A stretch of DNA of 64,000 bases, taken from contig JBBQEI010000006.1 of NCBI GenBank assembly GCA_038320545.1, forward strand, positions 28,187 to 92,186. Direction: 5' to 3'. The stretch is from Bacteroidales bacterium (GTDB lineage: Bacteria > Bacteroidota > Bacteroidia > Bacteroidales > JAAUTT01). The notes beneath the pieces are model-generated. The model was not told the origin of the DNA, ran no database searches, and saw only the letters and a list, made by a program, of their open reading frames with translations. Made by a program: the position numbers and the translations under genes. This document shows, in pieces, positions 48,672 through 58,031 of this stretch. Positions within the stretch are counted from its first letter, which is position 1, and each line of letters starts with the position of its first letter.

Positions 48672-48789
48672 ATCAACACCAACACTTCCTTAAAAGTAGA
48701 AATTTTGTTATTTTGAAGGTGTTTAAAATTTGTTAACTTTATATTAACAGTTTAGAAAACTAAAAATATTTTATTTGTAATAAAAAGAA

Positions 48790-49584
48790 ATGTTAAAAAG
48801 CAACCACTACAAAACAATTGTAATTTCTGATATTCATTTAGGAACAAAAAATTCTAAGGCAAAGGAGGTAGTACGTTTTCTTAAAACCAATACCTGCGAA
48901 AAACTTATTTTGAATGGAGATATCATTGATGGCTGGCAATTGCAAAAGGGTAGCAAGTGGAGGAAAAAACATACCCGTTTTTTCCGGGTCATTTTAAAAA
49001 TGCTTGACAAATCTGAAATAGATATCATATATGTTAGAGGCAATCACGATGACTTTCTAGACAACTTGCTACCTTTGGAATTTAACAGGTTATCGCTTGT
49101 AAATGAACATTATCATTATAGTGGCGGAAAGAAATTTTTTGTAATCCATGGCGATATTTTTGATACCATAACTACCAACCTTCGTTGGTTGGCAAAGTTG
49201 GGCGATATTGGATACACATTTCTTTTATGGGTAAATAAAATTTATAATAACCGACGGATTAAAAAAGGATTACCTTATTTTTCACTTTCCCAGTATGTTA
49301 AACAGAAAGTAAAATCTGCAGTTTCATACATATCCGACTTTGAAAAGGAACTCGTGGACCTTGCAAAATCAAAAAATTGCAGTGGTGTTATTTGCGGTCA
49401 CATCCATCATCCGGCAATAACCCAATATGGAGACCTGGTTTATATGAATTCGGGCGACTGGGTTGAGTCTCTTTCAGCTTTGGTTGAAGATTTTAATGGA
49501 AATTGGAAAATTATTTATTATAGCGATCTTTTAATTGAAGAAGAGATTGAGGAAAAAAAGGTTTCCAATTCTTATGATATATAA
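48790..49584 (+). CDS. UDP-2,3-diacylglucosamine diphosphatase-like metallophosphoesterase (LpxH-type)
   Basis: 264 aa. ISDIHLG, GDIIDGW, RGNHD, HGD and GHIH metallophosphoesterase motifs in LpxH-like order. Confidence 0.75.
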   Translation: MLKSNHYKTIVISDIHLGTKNSKAKEVVRFLKTNTCEKLILNGDIIDGWQLQKGSKWRKKHTRFFRVILKMLDKSEIDIIYVRGNHDDFLDNLLPLEFNRLSLVNEHYHYSGGKKFFVIHGDIFDTITTNLRWLAKLGDIGYTFLLWVNKIYNNRRIKKGLPYFSLSQYVKQKVKSAVSYISDFEKELVDLAKSKNCSGVICGHIHHPAITQYGDLVYMNSGDWVESLSALVEDFNGNWKIIYYSDLLIEEEIEEKKVSNSYDI

Positions 49585-49693
49585 GCAGGTTAAAACTGAC
49601 TTTGAAAATAATGCAAATAATCGCTTGCAGGAATATTCGTGGCTGTATCTAAAAAGGATGTAACTTTACAAAATTTTTCAGAATAAATAGTTA

Positions 49694-50419
49694 ATGGACG
49701 AAATTTTCGAGAAAATAGGAACTACACAAACTCTAAGTCAAAAGATAGAGCGGAAGATAGAAGAAGCCATCAGGCAAAAAAAATTGTTAAATGGTGCTAA
49801 ACTGCCATCTGAAAAAGAGTTATGCGCTAAATTTGCTGTTAGCAGAACAGCCTTAAGGGAAGCTTTACGTCGTTTAAGTGCAAGGGGATTAATTGAGATT
49901 AAAAAAGGAAGCGGTATGTATGTTACCGAAATACGAATTGAGGATGCTATAAAATCTTTAAACCTTTATTACGATTTGAGGTTCGACTCCAACCTAATTA
50001 TGCAGATTATTGAAGTGAGAAGGATATTTGAACCGGAAATTGCTAAGTTGGCTGCCAAAAACCGAAATGAAGACGATATTAAAATATTAATTGAAAACTA
50101 TAACGACCTTGAACGATGCGATCCGGACAATACACAGCTTGAAGCCGATATGATTAATCGTTTCCATATGAATATGGCAAAAGCAACAGGAAACCCCATC
50201 GTGATTATTACCATGGAACCTATTTATTCACTTCTGCCCAGAATGCGCAATATCATTTATGGGAATATTGAAGGTGAAAAAGAATATACCTTAAAGTTTC
50301 AGTTAAATATAATTGAAGCCGTGAAAGAAAAAGACGATTCGATGGCTTATAAGTACTGTATTGATCTTCTGGAGCGTAACCGCGAAATTTACGACAAATA
50401 TTACAGGGAGACGATTTGA
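49694..50419 (+). CDS. GntR/FadR family transcriptional regulator
   Basis: 241 aa. wHTH LPSEKELCAKFAVSRTALREALRRL plus a C-terminal all-helical FCD-like domain. Confidence 0.9.
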   Translation: MDEIFEKIGTTQTLSQKIERKIEEAIRQKKLLNGAKLPSEKELCAKFAVSRTALREALRRLSARGLIEIKKGSGMYVTEIRIEDAIKSLNLYYDLRFDSNLIMQIIEVRRIFEPEIAKLAAKNRNEDDIKILIENYNDLERCDPDNTQLEADMINRFHMNMAKATGNPIVIITMEPIYSLLPRMRNIIYGNIEGEKEYTLKFQLNIIEAVKEKDDSMAYKYCIDLLERNREIYDKYYRETI

Positions 50420-50466
50420 TAGTCCATAGTAGATGGTCGAAAGTCAATAGTAGTATGTAGATAGAA
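50418..50466 (+). repeat. degenerate heptamer array (NATAGTN x 7) overlapping the regulator stop codon
   Basis: GATAGTC CATAGTA GATGGTC GAAAGTC AATAGTA GTATGTA GATAGAA, in phase. Confidence 0.6.
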
Positions 50467-50519
50467 TTAAGCTACTATTCGATTATTAAAATCTGTATAT
50501 ATTAGTTTAAACAAAGAAA

Positions 50520-50652
50520 CAGTCTCAAAAGTCAATTATTTGCCATATTTCGCACTTCGACTTGGCTAAGTATTACGATCAATATGACAAACAATTGACT
50601 TTCAGGCATCAGGCTGAACTTAGTCGAAGCCTTTTTAACTTTTGAGACAGCC
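50520..50652. repeat. GC-rich palindromic repeat element, copy 4 (module set II, inverted relative to copy 2)
   Basis: Inverted termini GTCTCAAAAGT (50522-50532) / ACTTTTGAGAC (50638-50648). Internal CACTTCGACTTGGCT... and CAGGCTGAACTTAGTCGAAGCC arms. Confidence 0.85.
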
Positions 50653-50681
50653 TTTTTGAATTCAAATCATCTGTTTTGAAA

Positions 50682-53540
50682 TTATAACGATTTCTTCTTT
50701 CCGTCAGTATCCAGTTCCACAATTTCATATCCCAGTTTTTGCAAGCCGGGCAAAATTGTTGATTTATCGCCAACTACCAGTATAGCCATTTTATTTACGT
50801 CGAGGTACTTTTTTGCCAGGGAATTCAGCTCTTCGGCTTTCATTTCCTTTAAAATTTTATTCTGTTCATCGGCAAAATTGGCATTTAGATTATATTTTAA
50901 AATCCTAGACAGAAACAATGCTTTTTGTGGATTAGTCTCATAACGGCGTGCATCGCTTTGGCCAATGGATACTTTTGTAAAATCAAGTTCATCGGCCATA
51001 ATGCCTTTTTCAGCATAATTGCTGATTTCCTTTACAAATTCTACCACAGCACTGTCAGAAGCATTACTTTTTATACCGGCACTGGCAATGAAATCGCCTG
51101 TATATTTTCCGGATGAAAACGAAGAACGGGCACCATAAGTCCATGCTTTGGCTTCACGGAGATTAAGGTTAATGCGGCTGTTGAAAGCACCACCTAAAAT
51201 GTAATTGGCTAACCCTAAACGATAATATACATCGGTGGCATCGTAGGTTAATCCTGTTAAATATCCAAATCGGATTTGAGATTGTGCTGCTTTTGGGATA
51301 TCAACCAGATAGAGTTTAGTTTTTTCAACTGGTTTTCCATTTACAGGCAAAGGAACAGCAACTTCTTTTTTTGGCCATTTGTCAAGAAATGCAAGTTCTT
51401 TGAGGGCTTCAACCTCTTTGAGATCACCAACAACAACTACTGTTGCCAGAGAAGGAGTAAAATAATTGTTGTAGTAAGCCTTAACATCGTCAAGAGTAAT
51501 ATTGGATACCGTGCGCTCTAATCCGGCTGTTCCATATGCCCTAACATTGTCCTGACCGTAAAGTATTTTATAGAAAACATCGGAAGCAACCTGGGCAGGC
51601 TGTGTTTTAGCGTTGCGAAGACTTTCAATAACCTGCTTTTTGATACGCTCAAATGCTTCGGGTGTAAATTTTGATCTTAACAGACGTTCCTCAAGTAATT
51701 TCATTGTTGCACTGATATTCTTAGTCAGGGAAGTAACCTCAATGGAGATTTCATCATCGGATGCAAAAACTCCAATTGTACTTCCCAGTTTTTGTAGCCC
51801 GGCACTGAATTGTTCTGACGTATAATTTTGTGTGTCCTCGTTTAACATGCGGGCAACAAGATTAGCCAATCCGGCTTTTGAAGTATCGTTTGCTGAAAAC
51901 AAACCACCACCTTCAATTGAAAGTGAAATAGTAACCGATGGTATTTCGTTGTTAAATGTTCCGATCATTTTTACGCCATTAGTGCTTTGTGCGGTCCAAA
52001 ACGGGGGAACCTTTACAATTGGATTGGCACCGCTGCTGCCAGGTTTTACTTTCCGGTCAAAGTTGTCGCTTGGCTTCTTATATGCTAAACCATTGTAACC
52101 GTAATCAGGAGCTTTGTAATCTTTTTTGTCTAAAGTATAATTATCAACATCTACTGGTTTCAATTCTTTTCCTTTGGTTAATACACTTAGAATTACAGAA
52201 GGTTTGCCTTTCACATATTGGTTAAATACCCTCATTACATCTTCCCTGGAAACCGACTGAATAGCACGGAGTTCCTTTTGCAAATGATTGGGATTTCCGG
52301 TAATGGTTTGGAAGTGCGCCAATGTAGAAACTTTTCCGCTTACCCCTGAAAGGGAATTGATAAACTGAGCTTCTGATTCGCCTTTGAAACGGGCAAGATC
52401 TTCGTCCGATACTCCTTTGGTTTCAAATTCAACCAACGATTCGTCGACCAGTTTTTTAATATCCGACAATAATTGATCAGGATAAGGTACCACCTGGATT
52501 GATAATTCACCCGACAATTCAGAGGTTGGATTCCTCATGGATGCTTGCATAGCTTTGCGTGTCTTCACAAGATTTTTGTAAAGAATTGAATTGTTTCCTT
52601 GTCCGATAATGCCACAAAGGATATCTAAAGCAGCTTCATCTTTATGAAAAGAGGGCACACCGGTGTATGTTATGGAAACTAAGGGAAGTTTGGCATAGTT
52701 ATCAGTATATGAAATATAGCGGTCGCTGCTTAAAACAGGTGCCGGAATTTTTGTGTTTGTAACTTCTTTGCCTGCCGGAATTGATCCAAAATATTTTTCG
52801 ACCCACACCAGTGTTTGATTTACATCAATGTCGCCACCAATGGTGAGTGCGGCATTATTTGGGCCATACCAGCGCAGAAAAAAGTTCTTAAGATCTTCGG
52901 CATTTACCTTGTTAAGCTCTTCCACATACCCAATGGTTAGCCATGAATATGGATGACCGTAGGGATACAGATTTCTGGAAATATATTCCTGCACAAGACC
53001 ATATGGACGGTTATCATAATTTTGGCCACGTTCGTTAATTACAGTTGAACGTTGAACTTCGAATTTTTGCTGGGTAACTGCATTCAGCAAAAAACCCATG
53101 CGATCAGCTTCGAGCCACAACATACGTTCGAGCTGGTTTGCAGGCACTGTTTCAAAATAATTGGTGCGATCACGATTGGTACTTCCGTTCAGTGTTCCAC
53201 CCGATTCAGTAACCATTTTAAAATGCTCTTCATCGGCCACATTATCCGAACCCTGAAACATCATGTGTTCAAAGAAATGAGCAAAACCAGATTTACCGAC
53301 TTCTTCCCGGGCTGAACCTACATGATAGGTAACATCAACATGAATAAGAGGATCAGAATGATCTTCGTGCAGAATTACTACCAAACCATTTGGTAATTGA
53401 TATTTTTCATAAGGAATAACGACTTCATTACCTTTTCGGTTAACTTTTTCAATTAATTTGGCACTTGTCTTCTGGGCGGATGCAGAAAAGACAATTGAAA
53501 TGGCAAGAATTGAAAATAGAAATGATTTTATTTTCATCAT
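50682..53540 (-). CDS. M16 (pitrilysin/insulinase) family zinc peptidase, double-unit, secreted
   Basis: 952 aa with a signal peptide. HFFEHMMFQG (HxxEH) zinc motif. The second half is a non-catalytic M16 repeat. Confidence 0.9.
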   Translation of the reverse strand: MMKIKSFLFSILAISIVFSASAQKTSAKLIEKVNRKGNEVVIPYEKYQLPNGLVVILHEDHSDPLIHVDVTYHVGSAREEVGKSGFAHFFEHMMFQGSDNVADEEHFKMVTESGGTLNGSTNRDRTNYFETVPANQLERMLWLEADRMGFLLNAVTQQKFEVQRSTVINERGQNYDNRPYGLVQEYISRNLYPYGHPYSWLTIGYVEELNKVNAEDLKNFFLRWYGPNNAALTIGGDIDVNQTLVWVEKYFGSIPAGKEVTNTKIPAPVLSSDRYISYTDNYAKLPLVSITYTGVPSFHKDEAALDILCGIIGQGNNSILYKNLVKTRKAMQASMRNPTSELSGELSIQVVPYPDQLLSDIKKLVDESLVEFETKGVSDEDLARFKGESEAQFINSLSGVSGKVSTLAHFQTITGNPNHLQKELRAIQSVSREDVMRVFNQYVKGKPSVILSVLTKGKELKPVDVDNYTLDKKDYKAPDYGYNGLAYKKPSDNFDRKVKPGSSGANPIVKVPPFWTAQSTNGVKMIGTFNNEIPSVTISLSIEGGGLFSANDTSKAGLANLVARMLNEDTQNYTSEQFSAGLQKLGSTIGVFASDDEISIEVTSLTKNISATMKLLEERLLRSKFTPEAFERIKKQVIESLRNAKTQPAQVASDVFYKILYGQDNVRAYGTAGLERTVSNITLDDVKAYYNNYFTPSLATVVVVGDLKEVEALKELAFLDKWPKKEVAVPLPVNGKPVEKTKLYLVDIPKAAQSQIRFGYLTGLTYDATDVYYRLGLANYILGGAFNSRINLNLREAKAWTYGARSSFSSGKYTGDFIASAGIKSNASDSAVVEFVKEISNYAEKGIMADELDFTKVSIGQSDARRYETNPQKALFLSRILKYNLNANFADEQNKILKEMKAEELNSLAKKYLDVNKMAILVVGDKSTILPGLQKLGYEIVELDTDGKKKSL

Positions 53541-53685
53541 GATTGTTATTTTAAGTTTGAAACATTAATGTGGATAAAAATAAGATAATGTCTTTTACAG
53601 AAGATGAAAATGGGAAAATTTCTTTGCAAAAATTTCGCAATTATTGTTAAATATAAGTGTTCTTATTTTCAATTTTATAGAAAGT

Positions 53686-53693
53686 TATCTTTG
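53686..53693 (+). promoter_or_regulatory. -7 promoter motif TATCTTTG
   Basis: TAnnTTTG match 33 nt before ATG 53726. Confidence 0.45.
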
Positions 53694-53725
53694 CCTGATT
53701 AGTACATCTTAATAATCTTTTTCAA

Positions 53726-54880
53726 ATGTCTCCTTCTCCTGAAATTATTTCCCGTCTTCCAAATGTAGGAACCACTATTTTTACCATAATGTCCAAATTG
53801 GCTGCCGATCATAATGCCATCAATCTTTCGCAGGGGTTTCCAAATTTTGCAGCTTCGCCCGAGTTAATCGAGCTTGTGAACCGTTTCATGAAGGAAGGTT
53901 ATAATCAGTATGCACCCATGATAGGAGTTATGGCTTTACGTGAAGCCATTGCTCAAAAGGTATCGACTATTTACCAAACAAATTATAACCCGGATATTGA
54001 AATAACAATTACCTCCGGAGCAACTGAAGCTTTATTTGCTTCTATTTCGGCAGTAGTGAATGCTGGCGATGAAGTAATTGTTTTTGAACCAGCTTACGAT
54101 AGTTATGTTCCTGCCATTGAGCTTAACGGTGGAATTCCGGTTTATGTAACACTTAAACCTCCATATTTTAAAATTGACTGGCAGGAAGTGAAATCAAAAA
54201 TTACCGGAAAAACAAAACTGATCATTATCAATTCGCCACAAAATCCAGCTGGAACAATTTTAAGCAAGGCTGATTTATTTGAATTAGCAGGAATAGTTGA
54301 GAATTCAAATATATTCATTGTAAGTGATGAAGTATACGAACACATTATTTTCGATGGGGAGAAGCACCATTCTCTAATGTCGCATCCCATTTTGAAAGAA
54401 AGAAGTTTTATCTGCAGTTCCTTTGGTAAAACTTTTCATGTTACGGGTTGGAAAGTAGGTTATGTACTTGCTCCTAAGGATCTGACTACAGAATTCCGAA
54501 AAATTCATCAGTATCTTACTTTTTGCACTATTACCCCGGTTCAGATGGCAATTGCAGAATTCTTAAAAAAACCGGAGAACTACACCACTCTTTCTGGTTT
54601 TTTTGAGAACAAACGAGATAAGTTCCTACACATGGTTCAGCATTCGCGGTTTAAATTTATACCGTCGCATGGAAGTTATTTTCAAAACCTTTCGTTTGCT
54701 GAGATTACCCATGAAAATGATTATGATTTTGCAGTAAGGCTTACCAGGGAAATAGGTATTGCTTCCATTCCTGTTTCACAATTTTATCACCAGAATAATG
54801 ATTTTAAAATATTGCGCTTTTGCTTTGCCAAAGACGACCATACACTTGAAATTGCCGGGGAAAAGCTTTCTAAGCTGTAA
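53726..54880 (+). CDS. PLP-dependent class I/II aminotransferase (methionine/YbdL-like)
   Basis: 384 aa. LSQGFPNF, NSPQNPAG and SFGKTFHVTGWKVGY (PLP Lys) blocks. Confidence 0.85.
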   Translation: MSPSPEIISRLPNVGTTIFTIMSKLAADHNAINLSQGFPNFAASPELIELVNRFMKEGYNQYAPMIGVMALREAIAQKVSTIYQTNYNPDIEITITSGATEALFASISAVVNAGDEVIVFEPAYDSYVPAIELNGGIPVYVTLKPPYFKIDWQEVKSKITGKTKLIIINSPQNPAGTILSKADLFELAGIVENSNIFIVSDEVYEHIIFDGEKHHSLMSHPILKERSFICSSFGKTFHVTGWKVGYVLAPKDLTTEFRKIHQYLTFCTITPVQMAIAEFLKKPENYTTLSGFFENKRDKFLHMVQHSRFKFIPSHGSYFQNLSFAEITHENDYDFAVRLTREIGIASIPVSQFYHQNNDFKILRFCFAKDDHTLEIAGEKLSKL

Positions 54881-55098
54881 TATTTATTGATCAACTACTT
54901 TCTGATCGGGAATAATTGCAAGACGAACCATTATACCCGCTATAGCAGTAACTCCCATTACAGTGCTTAAACCGGTAGATTTTTCGAGGTAAAAATTGTC
55001 GGGTTGATCAACAAGTAAGTAAGAGTAGGTAGGAATTATATCGGAAATCCAGAATGAATCGTCGGAAGAAATGATTCCTAATGAAACGAACCTGCAAT

Positions 55099-56331
55099 TT
55101 ATATTTTTAATTTTTCACCTTCTGATTTTGCGATTACTACTGCGGCGCATGTATCTCCGTAAGTATTTAAGGAAGTACGAAACATATCCAACAAACGATC
55201 CACCGGCAGGATCAGTCCAATGCTTTCTAGCGGAAGACCGACAGTTTTAAGAATTACCACCATCATAACGATTCCAGCCATCGGAATGCCCGCTGAACCG
55301 ATAGCCGCCAGTAGTGAGGTAAACACTACCAATATTTGCTGAGTCAATGTAAGGTGAATCCCATAAACCTGGGCAATAAAAATTACAGCCACACATTCAT
55401 AGAGAGCAGTGCCGTTCATATTGATAGTAGCGCCCAAGGGAACTGTAAATCTTACAATCTGCGAAGAAACACCATCATTTTCTTCAACAGCTTTCATGGT
55501 AATGGGCAGAGTGGCATTGGTTGACGATGTGGAGAAAGCTGTCACCAAAGGTGTTGCCATGTTTTTCAGGTGCTTCAGAGGGTTTACCCTGGCAACAAAC
55601 TTAAGAAGGAGCGATAAGGTTATTAACCCGTGAAAAAGTATGCCTGCAATAACGATCAATACATACCATCCCAGCCTTTGCATAAGATCGTTTACGTTAT
55701 TGCCAAGCAGAGCCTGCCGTGCTATTTCCGTGGATGTTATGCTGAAAACACCTATAGGAGCCAGTTTAATGACAAATAAAGTAATTTTCATAATCACTTC
55801 CAGAAACGATTCCAGAAAGTTTTGAATAATTAACTGGTTATTGTTTTTTATTTTCGTTAGGAAATATCCGAAAATAAAGGCAAAAAAGATTATTGGCAAT
55901 AACTGTCCCTGTGATAAAGATTCAAAAATGTTTTTAGGAACAATATTGTAAAGGATATCACTTAATTTTGTGGTTGTAATGGTAATACTTTCAGCGTTTT
56001 CTGAAATCTTTAGCGCGACCCCTTCACCTGGTTTAAATAAAGTTACCAGGATAAAACCTGTGGTAATAGCCAGTATAGTGGTAAGCAAATAAAAAACCAT
56101 GGTTTTCATGGTAAGTTTGCTCATATTTTCCGATTTGCTTAATGAAGAAACACCCAAAATAATGGAGCATAATATCAGGGGAATTACAATCATATTTAAT
56201 AGCCGAAGGAATATGATTCCTGCCCAATTGGTATAGGTGGTCCATTCCGGTAAAAAGTAGCCAAACCCAAATCCTAGGATTAAAGCTATTAAAATTTGAA
56301 AATGAAGTTTTAGTTTTAGTTTTTGGCCCAT
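55099..56331 (-). CDS. dicarboxylate/amino acid:cation symporter (DAACS/GltP family)
   Basis: Start moved to ATG 56331 (MGQKLKLKLHFQILIAL). Multi-TM with conserved blocks SSTNATLP, GATINMNGTALYE, AAIGSAGIP and DRLLDMFRT. Confidence 0.9.
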   Translation of the reverse strand: MGQKLKLKLHFQILIALILGFGFGYFLPEWTTYTNWAGIIFLRLLNMIVIPLILCSIILGVSSLSKSENMSKLTMKTMVFYLLTTILAITTGFILVTLFKPGEGVALKISENAESITITTTKLSDILYNIVPKNIFESLSQGQLLPIIFFAFIFGYFLTKIKNNNQLIIQNFLESFLEVIMKITLFVIKLAPIGVFSITSTEIARQALLGNNVNDLMQRLGWYVLIVIAGILFHGLITLSLLLKFVARVNPLKHLKNMATPLVTAFSTSSTNATLPITMKAVEENDGVSSQIVRFTVPLGATINMNGTALYECVAVIFIAQVYGIHLTLTQQILVVFTSLLAAIGSAGIPMAGIVMMVVILKTVGLPLESIGLILPVDRLLDMFRTSLNTYGDTCAAVVIAKSEGEKLKI

Positions 56332-56725
56332 GATCGAAAATAAAATCGGTAACAACGAAGATAAACATTATTAAAAAGGAAATAAACACATAAAATTCAA
56401 TATAGTGGATTTGTCTTAAGAGACTACCTTTAGCGGCGAAGATTAGGGAAATGCTCCTGATTAGCTAAAAGTACGCCGTAAAAACTCTTTTCATATTCAT
56501 TTCTACCAATATTTCGCTCCTAATGGAGCTGAATACAGATACTTTTTATTTTTCCCTTAGTTCTGTAAATATCACTCTGTGGTTCTCTATGAATCCTCCG
56601 TGTCCCGATAGCCATAGGGACTCTATGTAACCGGCTGTTTAAGTGGCGACAAAATTAAAATGTCTAAAAAGAAAATTCAAAGGTACCTGCATGTGCAAAT
56701 TTGAGGGGTACACGCCAAAATTTTA

Positions 56726-56733
56726 TACTTTTG
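56726..56733 (+). promoter_or_regulatory. -7 promoter motif TACTTTTG
   Basis: TAnnTTTG match 20 nt before TTG 56753. Confidence 0.45.
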
Positions 56734-56752
56734 TACCTTAAAAATAAAAAAC

Positions 56753-57523
56753 TTGAAGACAGAAGCAGCCTACGATATTAAGGAGCTTGGCACTATATTG
56801 CTCGAAATTGGAACCCTGCTTATGAGTTCGGGTGCAACCACAAATCGGGTGCGGGTTACAGTTAACCGTGTATCGGAAGCTTTTGGATATAACACCGAAA
56901 TGCTGATTACCAACAGGGCTATCACCCTCGCCTTGAGCCATGACGGAAAGCAAGAGTTTTTTAATAGTTTGAAACGCACTTCACCTCATGGGGTAAATTT
57001 TAAAATTGTATCGGGCATAAGTCGCATGAGCTGGCGGGTTGTGGAAGAAAACTGGACAATTTCGCAGATCAAAAGCGAAATAACCCGATTAAAAGCTCTT
57101 CCGCCTTATCCCCGGTTACTTGTTTTAGCTTTGGTAAGCCTTTCCGGTGCAGCATTCTGCCGCTTATTCGATGGTAGTTATGTTGAGATGCTGGTAGCTT
57201 TTTTCGCTACTTTTGCGGGATTGTTCGTTCGTCAGGAATCCGTCAAGCTGGAGTTTAACCCTTACTTGTGTGTATTTTTTGCTTCATTCACGGCATCTAT
57301 GATCTCAGGATTTTTCAGGAAGTTTGGTTTTGGTGAAGGTATGGAACATGCCTTCACAGCATCCGTTTTGTTTTTGGTTCCAGGAGTACCGCTCATCAAT
57401 TCTTTTTCCGATTTAATCGATGGCAATATATTAAATGGAACGGTTCGGGGTATTAATGGCTTGATGATAGCTTTTGCCATCGCTTTAGGATTATTGGGTG
57501 CTATGGCAATTTACAGGTTTTGA
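56753..57523 (+). CDS. threonine/serine exporter family protein (ThrE N-terminal type, YjjP-like)
   Basis: 256 aa. A TTG start is required to include the conserved LLEIGTLLMSSGATTNRVRVTVNRVSEAFG block. Multi-TM C-terminus. Confidence 0.8.
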   Translation: MKTEAAYDIKELGTILLEIGTLLMSSGATTNRVRVTVNRVSEAFGYNTEMLITNRAITLALSHDGKQEFFNSLKRTSPHGVNFKIVSGISRMSWRVVEENWTISQIKSEITRLKALPPYPRLLVLALVSLSGAAFCRLFDGSYVEMLVAFFATFAGLFVRQESVKLEFNPYLCVFFASFTASMISGFFRKFGFGEGMEHAFTASVLFLVPGVPLINSFSDLIDGNILNGTVRGINGLMIAFAIALGLLGAMAIYRF

Positions 57524-57524
57524 T

Positions 57525-58019
57525 ATGGAATATTTATTTTATTTAGAAAAAGGAATTTGGTTTGGACTGGCAGCTTTAGGCTTTGCCATTCTGTTCAATG
57601 TTCCGCCACGTACTATACTGATTGTATCGATTCTGGCTGCCATGGGTGGGGTAACAAGGCTTTACCTGGTACATTCCGGCGCAAGCATATTGATGGCATC
57701 TCTGGCCGGAGCATCACTTATTGGAGTTTTAAGTATACAGGCATCTCATAATAAACATGCACCTCCCCTGGTATTTTCTATTCCCGCAGTTATACCAATG
57801 GTACCGGGGGTATTTGCCTATCAGGCTATCCTTGGATTGATCAATCTCTCAACTAATCCAAATGCTCCCGATTACACCCAGATATTAACGGGTACAATCA
57901 GTAACGGTTTAAATGCAATATTCATCTTAATGGCACTGGCAGTGGGCGTAGCAGTTCCCATGCTTATCACACGAAAAACCTCAGCAAAACATATCAAAAT
58001 AGTGAAGAAAGGTAACTAA
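57525..58019 (+). CDS. threonine/serine exporter family protein (YjjB-like partner)
   Basis: Start moved to ATG 57525 (MEYLFYLEKGIWFGLAALGFAILFNVPPR), 1 nt after the upstream stop. Four or five TM helices. Confidence 0.8.
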   Translation: MEYLFYLEKGIWFGLAALGFAILFNVPPRTILIVSILAAMGGVTRLYLVHSGASILMASLAGASLIGVLSIQASHNKHAPPLVFSIPAVIPMVPGVFAYQAILGLINLSTNPNAPDYTQILTGTISNGLNAIFILMALAVGVAVPMLITRKTSAKHIKIVKKGN

Positions 58020-58031
58020 ACTTCTATAAGA

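Noticed and set aside
54881-55098. Minus-strand open frame ending ...STGLSTVMGVTAIAGIMVRLAIIPDQKVVDQ* downstream of the GltP-like gene.
   Set aside because: The frame is open for about 72 codons, but the only start codon leaves 24 aa. I recognise no family. It may be a remnant of a membrane-protein C-terminus, but there is too little to call.
56356-56752. A 400-bp divergent spacer with hairpins (GCTCC-TAAT-GGAGC at 56516-56529; GTCCC...GGGAC at 56602-56621), checked for a riboswitch or ncRNA.
   Set aside because: I could not match any riboswitch architecture. The hairpins look like short generic repeat fragments. No call is made.
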